In this document: positions 48,134 through 56,736 of the stretch, in pieces
Layout of the letters: the number at the start of each line of letters is the position of its first letter
How positions within the stretch are numbered: the first letter of the stretch is position 1
The notes under the pieces: model-generated
Seen by the model: only the letters and a program-made list of their open reading frames with translations
What the model was told of the DNA's origin: nothing
Database searches by the model: none
Assembly: GCA_965214605.1 (NCBI GenBank)
Contig: OZ243961.1
Coordinates: 1,216,001 to 1,280,000 of the forward strand
DNA: 64,000 nucleotides
Direction: 5' to 3'
DNA from: an uncultured Candidatus Binatia bacterium
GTDB taxonomy: Bacteria > Desulfobacterota > Binatia > Bin18
Position numbers and translations under genes: made by a program

Positions 48134-50008
48134 ATGTCAGTATGGTATCGTGCATGTATCTTAGGTGTTTTGTTGCTGTGGCCGGCGGTCAGTCCGGCCA
48201 CCATCACTGCCGTCCTAGAGAACCCTGGCCAGAGTAACAGTGTGTCAGGGCTGACAGTCATTTCCGGCTGGGCTTTCTCAGATAGTGGCGCGCCCATTAC
48301 GGTGGAGCTTCGTATCAATGGTGAGTCCGTCAGTCCTGTCCCATGCTGTAGTCCGCGCCAGGATGTGAGGGACACCATTCCTGGCGCACCGCTGAAGACC
48401 GGCTTTGGGCTGCTGTTCCATTATGGCCTGCTCGAAGCGGGCGTTCACACAATTGGGGTGGAGGTCAAGGCAGCAGTGGACGAACCGGTCATCACAGAAC
48501 ATATAGTAAGGGTGGTGAAGCCAGGCGGGGCTGAGTTCATTGAGGAGCTTGATCTTAGCCAGGCAAGCGCCGCCATTGAAGGTAATGAACTCCTAGTGTC
48601 CAGGGTACGGACGCGCTCCAGTCGCGGCACGAGCAGCGTTGATCTGCGCGTAGGCTACAGCCTGAGTACTCAATCTCCCATTATCTTGGCCGCCCCCGAC
48701 AGCCTTCCAATCGGCACTCACAGCACAGCCCTATCAGGAGGAGAGACCACTATTTTTGACGCCACCAGCCAGGCGTTTGAAATGCCGGCACCCAACCTGA
48801 CCGGGACGCGTCTAGAGAAACATCTTGAGGGCGACGCCACCTTTGGAAACACATTTGTGACAGCCCCTGCTCCAGTCTTCAGCGGCTTAGGTCCGATCTT
48901 CAACAATAATGGTTGCGTCAGCTGTCATCCGAAAAACGGCCGGGGTCGCCCGCCGCGAGAGGATGAGCAGCTGGAGTCCATGTTTCTGCGGGTCAGCATC
49001 CCAGGTGTCGATGCCGTGACCCTCGGCCCCCTCCCCGTCCCAGGTATGGGAACGCAGCTGCAACATCGAGCCGTCTTTGGCATTCCACCAGAGGCAGACG
49101 TGACCATGACTCAAACTGAGCATCTTGAGACCTTTGCCGATGGCGAGAGCATTCGGCTGCGGACCCTGCATTTTGCTATTGAGGATGCTGCTGTACCTCT
49201 CCCCGCCCAAGTCCTGACTTCGCCGCGCACAGCCCTGCCCGTGTTTGGACGCGGCCTGCTGGAAGCTATTAACCAAGAGACCATCCTAGCCTTAGCCGAT
49301 GAGTTTGACGCCGATGGAGACGGAATTTCTGGTCGGCCTAATATGGTCTGGGACACCATTGCCGGGGCAACTCGGCTGGGCCGCTTTGGCTGGAAAGCCA
49401 ATAATCCAAGCCTGTTCCAGCAGACCTTTAGCGCCTATCAGCAAGACATCGGCATTACCAATCCGGTCTTGCCGACTGAAAGCGCCGCCGACCAGCTCCA
49501 GGCTGACGGGCTGCCGGACGACCCTGAGATAGATACGGAAACCCTGGAGGTAACGACCTTTTACGTTCAAACGCTTGCCGTTCCAGCCCGGCGCCGGATG
49601 CATGACCCGCGAGTGCGAAGAGGCGAGGAGTTATTTAGCGCTGCCGGCTGCGCGGCCTGCCATACCCCGACGCTGAGAACAGGAGTTTTAGTCGGGGTGC
49701 CGGAGGTATCACATCAAACGATTCACCCCTATACCGACATGCTACTCCACGACATGGGTGAAGGATTAGCCGACAACCGGCCCGACTTTCTGGCTACAGG
49801 CCGGGAATGGCGGACACCACCATTGTGGGGCATTGGCCTCGCCCTGCGTGTCCAGGGCCATACCTTGTTCCTGCACGATGGGCGAGCCCGTAATCTCATA
49901 GAAGCGATCATGTGGCACGGTGGGGAAGCGGTTCAGGCCCGCGAGGCCGTACGTGCGATGGTTAGAGAAGACCGAGAAGCGCTCATCGCTTTTTTGGAGT
50001 CGCTGTAA
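48134..50008 (+). CDS. Di-heme oxidoreductase (DHOR/IrpB-like) with the same extra N-terminal domain
   Basis: Two CxxCH motifs (CVSCH, CAACH), plus GLGP.FN, DADGDGISGRPN, GRFGWKA, TPPLWGIG and HDGRA. Confidence 0.9.
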   Translation: MSVWYRACILGVLLLWPAVSPATITAVLENPGQSNSVSGLTVISGWAFSDSGAPITVELRINGESVSPVPCCSPRQDVRDTIPGAPLKTGFGLLFHYGLLEAGVHTIGVEVKAAVDEPVITEHIVRVVKPGGAEFIEELDLSQASAAIEGNELLVSRVRTRSSRGTSSVDLRVGYSLSTQSPIILAAPDSLPIGTHSTALSGGETTIFDATSQAFEMPAPNLTGTRLEKHLEGDATFGNTFVTAPAPVFSGLGPIFNNNGCVSCHPKNGRGRPPREDEQLESMFLRVSIPGVDAVTLGPLPVPGMGTQLQHRAVFGIPPEADVTMTQTEHLETFADGESIRLRTLHFAIEDAAVPLPAQVLTSPRTALPVFGRGLLEAINQETILALADEFDADGDGISGRPNMVWDTIAGATRLGRFGWKANNPSLFQQTFSAYQQDIGITNPVLPTESAADQLQADGLPDDPEIDTETLEVTTFYVQTLAVPARRRMHDPRVRRGEELFSAAGCAACHTPTLRTGVLVGVPEVSHQTIHPYTDMLLHDMGEGLADNRPDFLATGREWRTPPLWGIGLALRVQGHTLFLHDGRARNLIEAIMWHGGEAVQAREAVRAMVREDREALIAFLESL

Positions 50009-50074
50009 GCTGCTCTTGGTCTGGTCTTGCCAAACAAGAAGAAGTGGTGTATAGAATAGCTTCAATCGATAATT

Positions 50075-50143
50075 GAGCTGAGCGGCCCGCAGCGATACAG
50101 TTCAGAGCCCGCCATGAAGAAGTGTTCCTGGCGGGCTTTTTTT
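50075..50143 (+). terminator. Leader motif copy C (diverged) overlapping an intrinsic terminator
   Basis: GAGCTGAGC-GGCCCGCAGCGATACAGTTCAGAGCCC. Stem AGAGCCCGCCA / TGGCGGGCTTT followed by a T run. Possible promoter upstream (TTGCCA 50027, TATAGA 50050). Confidence 0.75.
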
Positions 50144-50322
50144 GTGTGCGGGCAACGACAAGAAAACGGCAATGAAGAAACAGGGGGGACCGGCATCCCG
50201 TCCAGGAGTCACGGCAGTCCGCTCAGAACTGAGAGGAAGTTTTATGAAGCGGACATTCGATTGTGCCCACTCCCCCCTACTGGTGCCTGAGAGCAGCTCA
50301 TTACACAGATAAAGAGGAGCAT

Positions 50323-50526
50323 ATGAACAGCACAGGTTTTTGGCACACGAGAGAACACCAGATCAGCATCTCACAGTGCCCGGAAGGCTGTATTCATCTC
50401 GTGGTCGGACGGGCAATCATCAAAATGACGCGAGAAGAATTTCTGGTCCTAGCCAAGCTAACCAATACTGCCAACCGGGAGATATCCCTGGCAGAGCCAC
50501 GGCTGGTGTCTAAACTCGGGCACTGA
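50323..50526 (+). CDS. Small Cys/His-containing hypothetical protein (paralog of 46071-46286)
   Basis: SD GAGGAG. Sequence ISQCPEGCIHLVVGRAIIKMTREEFLVLA. Confidence 0.65.
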   Translation: MNSTGFWHTREHQISISQCPEGCIHLVVGRAIIKMTREEFLVLAKLTNTANREISLAEPRLVSKLGH

Positions 50527-50809
50527 CTCCTACTCACAGCTCTCCCCTGTCAGAAGGGGGAGAAAGGGAAAGTCGGGATGTCCTCAAAGAGATGTTGCCA
50601 GCGCTGGTGGATGGGCTGCCAGCGTCAGATGTCCCGCTTTCCCTGTTCTCTTCCGCTGTACACAAGGACAGCAAAACATGTCAGATCGGGGAAGATACTG
50701 GTCCACACTTGGCGTCATCCTCTTGTGAGGATGTGTCCTGCGGTCGGCCGCTGCCCCCGATTTTTCGGTTTCGGTCCAGGATGGGATAGGCCGTCATATC
50801 AGCCTAGCT

Positions 50810-51440
50810 CAACCAGCCGAACGCGTTATCGCTCTGAGCCAAGGCAGCCTGGATATTGTCCAAACCCTGGGCGGTCGGCTGGTCGAGCATCCGAACATAG
50901 GCGAGTGTGACACTGCCCGAGGAATTCCAGTCTTTGCCAGCGGTGAGCAACGCGGTGGTGCCGAATCTTGAGGCAGTTGTGGACGCTATCCAGATCTGCT
51001 TATTGCACCAACCCGGGCTTACGGCGGTGTCGCGCAACGCTTACAGATGGTGCAGACCGCACGATATCTGTGGCAAGCGTACAGCGTGACCGACGTCGTC
51101 CAGGTCAGTCATAACATTGGCACGCTGCCCGGTCGCCAAGATCAGGCTGCGGCCCTCAGCCAAGTTTCGTCCCAAAAGCTGGGCCGAGGTGAGAAGCGGC
51201 CTGCCCGGCAGTCCCCGCCCGACGATTTTGCTGTTCGGGACCACCCAAACCTTTCTGGTCATTGCTCCGTGGACGTATGCTGGCGACTTGTTGTACTTGG
51301 TCGAAGGAAAAAATCTGCCCGTCGACATTGCCTCCGGCTACCCGCACGATCCTGGCTATGAACTGCTCCCTCTCAGTCTTGAGAAACTACTCGTCACCAA
51401 ACCGAAAGTCATCTGGTCGGCCACGGCGATCCCAGACGGT
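50810..51440 (+). pseudogene. Frameshifted iron-complex ABC transporter substrate-binding protein
   Basis: Successive frames give QPAERVIALSQGSLDIVQTLG / LPAVSNAVVPNLEAVV / PDLLI...SVTDVVQVSHNIGTL.GRQDQA / LFGT.QTFLV...TYAGDLL..V.GKN...PLSLEKLL.TKP.VI. Confidence 0.72.
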
Positions 51441-51539
51441 GAACGCTGCCCCCAACCAAGAACTCAACAGCCATCCAGCCCGGTAAGGACTCAGCGCCGT
51501 TCAACGTGCTCGGGTGATGGAAGATATAATCTGCCGGGG

Positions 51540-51725
51540 CAACAAGCCGGAGCAGACCCATAACCTGGAGTTGGGGGCAACATGGAGCCTACTGAACGAC
51601 AAACTACTACTGACAGCCGAGATCTTTAAGGACGACGTGATGGAAAACATGAAGAACGGGAGCCCCTCAGCACGCTCAACGCGAGCAAGAACCGGGTCAG
51701 AGGGCTGGAGTTCTCTCTGGCAACA
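51540..51725 (+). pseudogene. Internal fragment of a TonB-dependent receptor beta-barrel
   Basis: KPEQTHNLELGATWSLLNDKLLLTAEIF, then after a frameshift KNRVRGLEFSL. These are typical TBDR strands (PE...YELG.K...L.L.AA.F; RV.G.E). Confidence 0.6.
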
Positions 51726-51827
51726 CTTGCGACCGACCTCGGCGGACTGATGGTATTCTTGATGCTGGTGTTTTTCGTTTAGGATTGCCAGAACCAGAAA
51801 GTTTTTGCAGAAAATCCGGCTTCCCCC

Positions 51828-51891
51828 TTGACAGAACAAAGAAGCCCCACTAGTTTCCTTAAATTGAAATTGATTATCAATTTCAATTTAA
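51828..51891 (+). promoter_or_regulatory. Sigma70-type promoter with a perfect 16-1-16 Fur-box-like palindrome
   Basis: TTGACA (51828-33), 17 bp, TAGTTT (51851-56). TTAAATTGAAATTGAT-T-ATCAATTTCAATTTAA at 51859-51891. Confidence 0.88.
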
Positions 51892-52066
51892 TGTACGAGC
51901 GACCCTGAGCAAAACCGCCCAGCTACCGCTTCAGGAGTCACGGAAAGCAAAAATTACGGCCACCGGTCGTTAATCAGAACACCAGTGTGGTAGGAGAAAA
52001 TCGGTGCTCCTGCCATTTGCCCCGGGGTAGTCTCCCTCCTGATTGCCCCGGGGCATCCGTTTTATT
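51863..52066 (+). ncRNA. Candidate Fur-repressed small RNA or structured leader
   Basis: Promoter and operator with no credible ORF. Three hairpins; the last is a 15-bp stem (52018-52055) with loop TCCCTCCT, followed by GTTTTATT. Confidence 0.55.
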
Positions 52067-52219
52067 GAACTTCTTGGCTAAAGTCCTGTGTTGTCGGGAC
52101 AGAGAAGCCGAGCACTACCCCTGTCTATCCCGACGCAGTCATTGTCAAGAAAGGGGAGTCGTCATCAGGATCACAATCCTAGTACCGATATATTTCTGAA
52201 CTGAAACGGTCCTCTGTAG

Positions 52220-52242
52220 TTGAATTTGAAAATCAATTTCAC
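52220..52242 (+). promoter_or_regulatory. Fur-box-like site upstream of feoA
   Basis: TTGAATTTGAAAATCAATTTCAC shares the TGAAAATCA core with the other operators. Confidence 0.7.
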
Positions 52243-52248
52243 TACCAT

Positions 52249-52491
52249 ATGGGGATGCAGAAAACCCTGGCAGAACTCGGCCCCTCAGAGCATGGAGAGA
52301 TCCACACCATTCATGGCACGGACGGCATATCACGCCGTCTGGCAGAACTCGGCTTCACCCCGGGCCAGACGGTCGAGGTTCTCCGTTTTGCCCCTTTGGG
52401 TGATCCCATGCAGATCCGTATCCGCGGCTATCAACTCGCCCTCCGTCGTCAAGAAGCGGCCCGCGTCCTGCTAGTCTCCTCCGGCATATAA
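52249..52491 (+). CDS. feoA: Ferrous iron transport protein A
   Basis: RRLAELGFTPG...APLGDPM.I.IRGYQLALRRQEA. Confidence 0.95.
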   Translation: MGMQKTLAELGPSEHGEIHTIHGTDGISRRLAELGFTPGQTVEVLRFAPLGDPMQIRIRGYQLALRRQEAARVLLVSSGI

Positions 52492-52505
52492 GAAAACACC
52501 ACGCT

Positions 52506-54665
52506 ATGGTTCCCCCTCCCGTTCCAGATGCTGTTGACCCGTCTCTCGCTACCGAACGTCGCTACAGAGTGGCAGTGGTCGGCAACCCCAACACGGGCAA
52601 GACCACCCTGTTCAACGCTCTCACCGGTCTGAGCCAACACACTGGAAATTATCCCGGCGTCACAGTAGAGAGCGCCTTGGGAGAGTTCCGGGAAGGCCAG
52701 GATCGCTTTCTGGTGGTTGACCTACCCGGCACCTACTCGCTGGCCGCCCGTGCTCCGGACGAAATGGTTGCTGTGTCGGTGCTACTAGGTCATGGCAAAG
52801 GGGTTGCCCAGCCAGATGTGATTGTGTGTGTGGTCGATGCTACTAATCTCGACCGTAACTTATACCTGACGACCCAGGTCATTGATATTGGCCGACCGCT
52901 AGTCATTGCTCTAACCATGACAGACCTGGCCGACAAACAGGGGCTCCGCCTCAACCTCCCTGTACTCGAACACCGTCTAGGCGTGCCAATTATTGCCGTG
53001 CATGCGGCACGGCGCAGCGGGCTGACAGCGCTGCGCCAGGCGATTCGGACCGCAGCCGGTACGCCGTCCAGGCCACCGCGGCCGGTCCGCCTCCCCACCC
53101 TTATCGAGCGCGAGCTCAAGACGCTCGACGCCACCCTGTCGCCACACCATCTCCCTCCCATCTTCCTCGAACGCGCTCTGCTTGACGTCGACGGGTTGAT
53201 AGAGCGTGACCTGATCGGCGCGTTGGGCAGTCCTGCCCTGACTGAACTTCAGGCCGCCCGCACCCGTCTAGTCACCGTCGGGTTGCGCGTACCACAAGTT
53301 GAGGTTGAGCGACGCTATGAGTGGATTGCCCAAACCGTTGCCGCCAGCCTTGAGCCGCCTGCCGAGCCGAGCGGTCCACGGCCTGCCAGCTGGACCGACC
53401 GGATTGACGCCCTGGTCATGCACAGAGTCTGGGGGATGGTGATCTTCCTGCTGACCATGGCGGTGACGTTTCAGTCAATCTTTTCGTGGGCCGTGCCGAT
53501 CATGGACACTATTGATGGGCTGTTTTCAGGTCTCGGCACCTGGGTCGGCAGCCTCCTACCCGAGGGACCGGTCCAAAGTCTGATAGTTAACGGTATTATC
53601 GGCGGGGTGGGAGCTGTAGTGGTCTTTGTCCCTCAAATCGCCATTTTATTCGGACTCATTGCTCTGCTCGAAGACTCTGGGTATATGGCTCGGGCAGCGT
53701 TTTTGATGGACCGCCTGCTCGCCGGATTTGGCCTGTCGGGGCGGAGTTTTATTCCGCTCCTGTCTTCCTTTGCATGCGCGGTGCCGGGCATTATGTCGGC
53801 CCGTACGATTGAGAATCAACGTGATCGGATCGCTACCATTCTCATTGCGCCGCTGATGAGCTGTAGTGCTCGTTTACCGGTCTATGTGTTGTTGATCTCG
53901 GCCTTTATTCCGGCTCAGACCATGTGGGGGGTTGTTGGTCTTCAGGGGTTGACTCTCTTTACGATGTACCTAATCGGGCTGATTGTCGCCCCCCCCGTCG
54001 CCCTGATGCTCAAGCGAACGATATTAGCGGGCGAGCCCGTCCCATTTCTGATAGAACTGCCGGTGTTTAAGGTTCCGGCCTGGCGTGTCGTTGTCTTCCG
54101 TATGTATGAACGCAGCCTGGCTTTTCTAAAGCGGGCGGGCACGATCATCTTAGCCACTACCATCCTGGTCTGGGCTTTGTCGTACTACCCGTACTCCGAT
54201 CAGACCGCTGAACAGGATGGCTCAGCGGTTGTAGAGGCTGGTGAGCGCTTACGCCAGAGTTATCTGGGCCGGGCCGGCCGGGCGATTGAGCCGTTCGTTG
54301 AGCCACTCGGCTGGGACTGGAAAATCGGGATAGCGACCTTAGCCAGCTTTCCCGCCCGCGAGGTGATCATTGCCGCCCTGGGCACGATCTACAACCTGGG
54401 CAGCGAACAGGACGAGACCAGTCTTGAGCTACGTGACGCCATGCGCGCCGAACGCCGACCGGACGGCCGCCCGGTCTATACTCCGCTGGTTGCGCTGTCG
54501 GTCATGGTCTTTTTTGCCTTATGCTGCCAGTGTGGAGCCACCCTGGCAACGATTAAACGTGAAACCAACTCGTGGGGCTATCCGGTGTTTACCTTTGTGT
54601 ATATGACGAGTTTGGCCTATCTTGGCGCCCTGGGGATATATCAGATCGGGAGTCGGATAGGCTAG
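52506..54665 (+). CDS. feoB: Ferrous iron transport protein B
   Basis: GNPNTGKTTLFNALTG, NYPGVTVE, DLPGTYSL, LEDSGYMAR, FACAVP and MSCSARLPVY motifs. Confidence 0.97.
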   Translation: MVPPPVPDAVDPSLATERRYRVAVVGNPNTGKTTLFNALTGLSQHTGNYPGVTVESALGEFREGQDRFLVVDLPGTYSLAARAPDEMVAVSVLLGHGKGVAQPDVIVCVVDATNLDRNLYLTTQVIDIGRPLVIALTMTDLADKQGLRLNLPVLEHRLGVPIIAVHAARRSGLTALRQAIRTAAGTPSRPPRPVRLPTLIERELKTLDATLSPHHLPPIFLERALLDVDGLIERDLIGALGSPALTELQAARTRLVTVGLRVPQVEVERRYEWIAQTVAASLEPPAEPSGPRPASWTDRIDALVMHRVWGMVIFLLTMAVTFQSIFSWAVPIMDTIDGLFSGLGTWVGSLLPEGPVQSLIVNGIIGGVGAVVVFVPQIAILFGLIALLEDSGYMARAAFLMDRLLAGFGLSGRSFIPLLSSFACAVPGIMSARTIENQRDRIATILIAPLMSCSARLPVYVLLISAFIPAQTMWGVVGLQGLTLFTMYLIGLIVAPPVALMLKRTILAGEPVPFLIELPVFKVPAWRVVVFRMYERSLAFLKRAGTIILATTILVWALSYYPYSDQTAEQDGSAVVEAGERLRQSYLGRAGRAIEPFVEPLGWDWKIGIATLASFPAREVIIAALGTIYNLGSEQDETSLELRDAMRAERRPDGRPVYTPLVALSVMVFFALCCQCGATLATIKRETNSWGYPVFTFVYMTSLAYLGALGIYQIGSRIG

Positions 54666-54682
54666 CTCCAAAGAGAAGCCGT

Positions 54683-54826
54683 ATGGATATACAGACTTTG
54701 CTCATCCTGCCCATCGTTACCCTTGCTACAGTGTATGTTGGCTGTCGGCTGTGGCCCCGCCGTAAGGATAAGGTCGGCTGTGGGAGCTGTCCCCAGAATC
54801 GGAATCGGACCAATGACTATGCCTGA
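54683..54826 (+). CDS. FeoB-associated Cys-rich membrane protein
   Basis: 47 aa with one TM helix then GCGSCP, directly after feoB. Confidence 0.75.
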   Translation: MDIQTLLILPIVTLATVYVGCRLWPRRKDKVGCGSCPQNRNRTNDYA

Positions 54827-54937
54827 CAACGACACGACTCGCGCTCGCTTGACATCTTACACACCGGCAAGATAATGGCTTGGTGCGGGGAAAAGTTTAC
54901 TCAAGAAGACGTCGGCGATGCGTTTAGAGGAGGGGAA

Positions 54938-55486
54938 ATGGATCAGGAGCGACAGGCTGAAACACAAAAACCCTTACTCTCTTTGACCGCCGAAGCGGTC
55001 AAAATGATCAGGCGGACTCTCGCCCGAAAAGGAGTCGATAACTGGGGATTACGCATGACCGTCTCCGGTGGAGGGTGCAAAGGCTTCCAGTACAGGCTCA
55101 ACTTTGAGCAATCCGCTCGTAACGACGATCAAATTGTCGTCCAGGACGGCATAAAAACCTATCTTGATCCGACCAGCGCAATACACCTGAGGGGAACCCG
55201 GCTGGACTATGTGACCAATCGGCACGGCACCGGATTTCATTTTTTCGGGCTCGACGTGGAACGCACCATTGGCTGTGGTTCGCCCGTCCTGCTGCGTGGC
55301 TGCGTTAAGAATAACACCCGCACCGAAGGCTGTGTGCTGTGTGCCCAGAGACCCCTGATGGAAATAGACCTGAATACAGCTACCGCATTTGTCGATCCCC
55401 GACAGAGTATCTCTCACCCAGGTCTGACGCCAATGCAAAAGTGTGAAAAGTGCTGCTTTGTCATCTGTCAGTGTGACAAAGCCTAG
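54938..55486 (+). CDS. Atypical HesB/IscA-family Fe-S carrier with Cys-rich C-terminal extension
   Basis: LRMTVSGGGCKGFQY, LRGTRLDY and GFHF motifs. IGCGS replaces CGCGxS. Tail has CVLC and CEKCCFVICQC. Confidence 0.75.
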   Translation: MDQERQAETQKPLLSLTAEAVKMIRRTLARKGVDNWGLRMTVSGGGCKGFQYRLNFEQSARNDDQIVVQDGIKTYLDPTSAIHLRGTRLDYVTNRHGTGFHFFGLDVERTIGCGSPVLLRGCVKNNTRTEGCVLCAQRPLMEIDLNTATAFVDPRQSISHPGLTPMQKCEKCCFVICQCDKA

Positions 55487-55514
55487 ATGGACCAGGCTCT
55501 ATATCTGCCACTCG

Positions 55515-56735
55515 CTATAAGAGCTGGCTCTTTTCCTGGTCGATAATGCGCAGCCATTGCCTAGCCTGCTTGGCAACTCGGCTATGGCTTGTGGCGCTCG
55601 TGAAGGCATCTTTGCTGGCGGCCAGTTTTCCAGAGCGATACTCTGCAATGCCCAGCAGAATATAGGCCTGTCCGGTGTCTTCAAGGCCCCCTTTTTTCAG
55701 CGCTAGGTCAGCAGCGGCGGCGGCATCCGGCCAGCGTTCTAACTGGACCAACAGTTCGGCTCGGCGGATATCAAGGCGTCCGGTCTCGGCGCTCTGAGCG
55801 CTACGCGCCAGGGCGTCCAAAGCACGTTGATACTCTTTGGCATGCAGCCAACAGGTCACCAGTAATTCTCGATGGCGCGGAGTGTCGGCGACGACCTGGG
55901 CTGCCAGGCCCTCGTGCAGGATATCGCCGGCTTTATACGGCAGGCCGAGATGCAGATAGGACTGGACGACATAGAGGACTTCCTGCTCTTCAAGAAGTCC
56001 GAGTTTGTGGGCCAGAGCCAGGGCCGAAGCCGCCCGGCTCTGCTTTTCGGTTTCGAGATACATCTGTGAGAGCTGCAACCAGTAGGTTTTTTTGTGCGGC
56101 AATCGGTTGAGCAGTTGGTGCAACACCCCGGCTGCCTGAGACCATTTTTGCTGTTCAACATACACAAACAGGAGAAACTGATACCACTCTTCACGGAATG
56201 TGGCGGCCTGGCCGATCGCCTGCTGAATGTTCTGCTCTGCTTCACTATAGCGCTTGAGCTGGCCATAGACCTGGGCCAGGGAGGCTCGGGCTTGGGGCTT
56301 GGGCTGAGCCTCTTCGGCCAGCCAGATTTCCAACAGGCGGGCCCCTTCTTCATAGTGCTGGGCGGCGATCAGGATCTGGGCCAGATTATAACGCACGGTC
56401 TGTACCCGATTGAGAGGGAGGGCCTGACTGGTCAGGCTTTGCCGAAAGGCGTCGGCAGACTGCACGAACTGCCCCAGTGCGGCGTAGACATGACCCAAGG
56501 TTTGCTGAACGATGGCCGTCTCATAGAGGCTGAGCTCGGGATCTTGTGACAGGGCTTGGAGCTGACCGAGGGCTTCCCGGTTACGCTCCTGCAGGGCCAT
56601 CTCTTGGGCCTGAATGAGTTGATCGTAGACTTTTTGTGAGAGAGCTTGTTCTTCAGCACCAACCGCGGTCGCGCCCAGAAGAAGGAACGCTAGTCCTAAG
56701 CCGCGGATATTCCAGAGCTGCCATGTGCTGCCCAT
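55515..56735 (-). CDS. TPR protein (TtpD-like) of a TonB2-type system
   Basis: Signal peptide, TPR helices, YWLQLS and PYKAG motifs. Downstream of tonB. Confidence 0.8.
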   Translation of the reverse strand: MGSTWQLWNIRGLGLAFLLLGATAVGAEEQALSQKVYDQLIQAQEMALQERNREALGQLQALSQDPELSLYETAIVQQTLGHVYAALGQFVQSADAFRQSLTSQALPLNRVQTVRYNLAQILIAAQHYEEGARLLEIWLAEEAQPKPQARASLAQVYGQLKRYSEAEQNIQQAIGQAATFREEWYQFLLFVYVEQQKWSQAAGVLHQLLNRLPHKKTYWLQLSQMYLETEKQSRAASALALAHKLGLLEEQEVLYVVQSYLHLGLPYKAGDILHEGLAAQVVADTPRHRELLVTCWLHAKEYQRALDALARSAQSAETGRLDIRRAELLVQLERWPDAAAAADLALKKGGLEDTGQAYILLGIAEYRSGKLAASKDAFTSATSHSRVAKQARQWLRIIDQEKSQLL

Positions 56736-56736
56736 G

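Noticed and set aside
52148-52215. AAAGGGGAGTCGTCATC resembling the start of a yybP-ykoY manganese riboswitch upstream of feoA
   Set aside because: I could not find the matching 3' elements or the closing helix. An Rfam scan would settle it.
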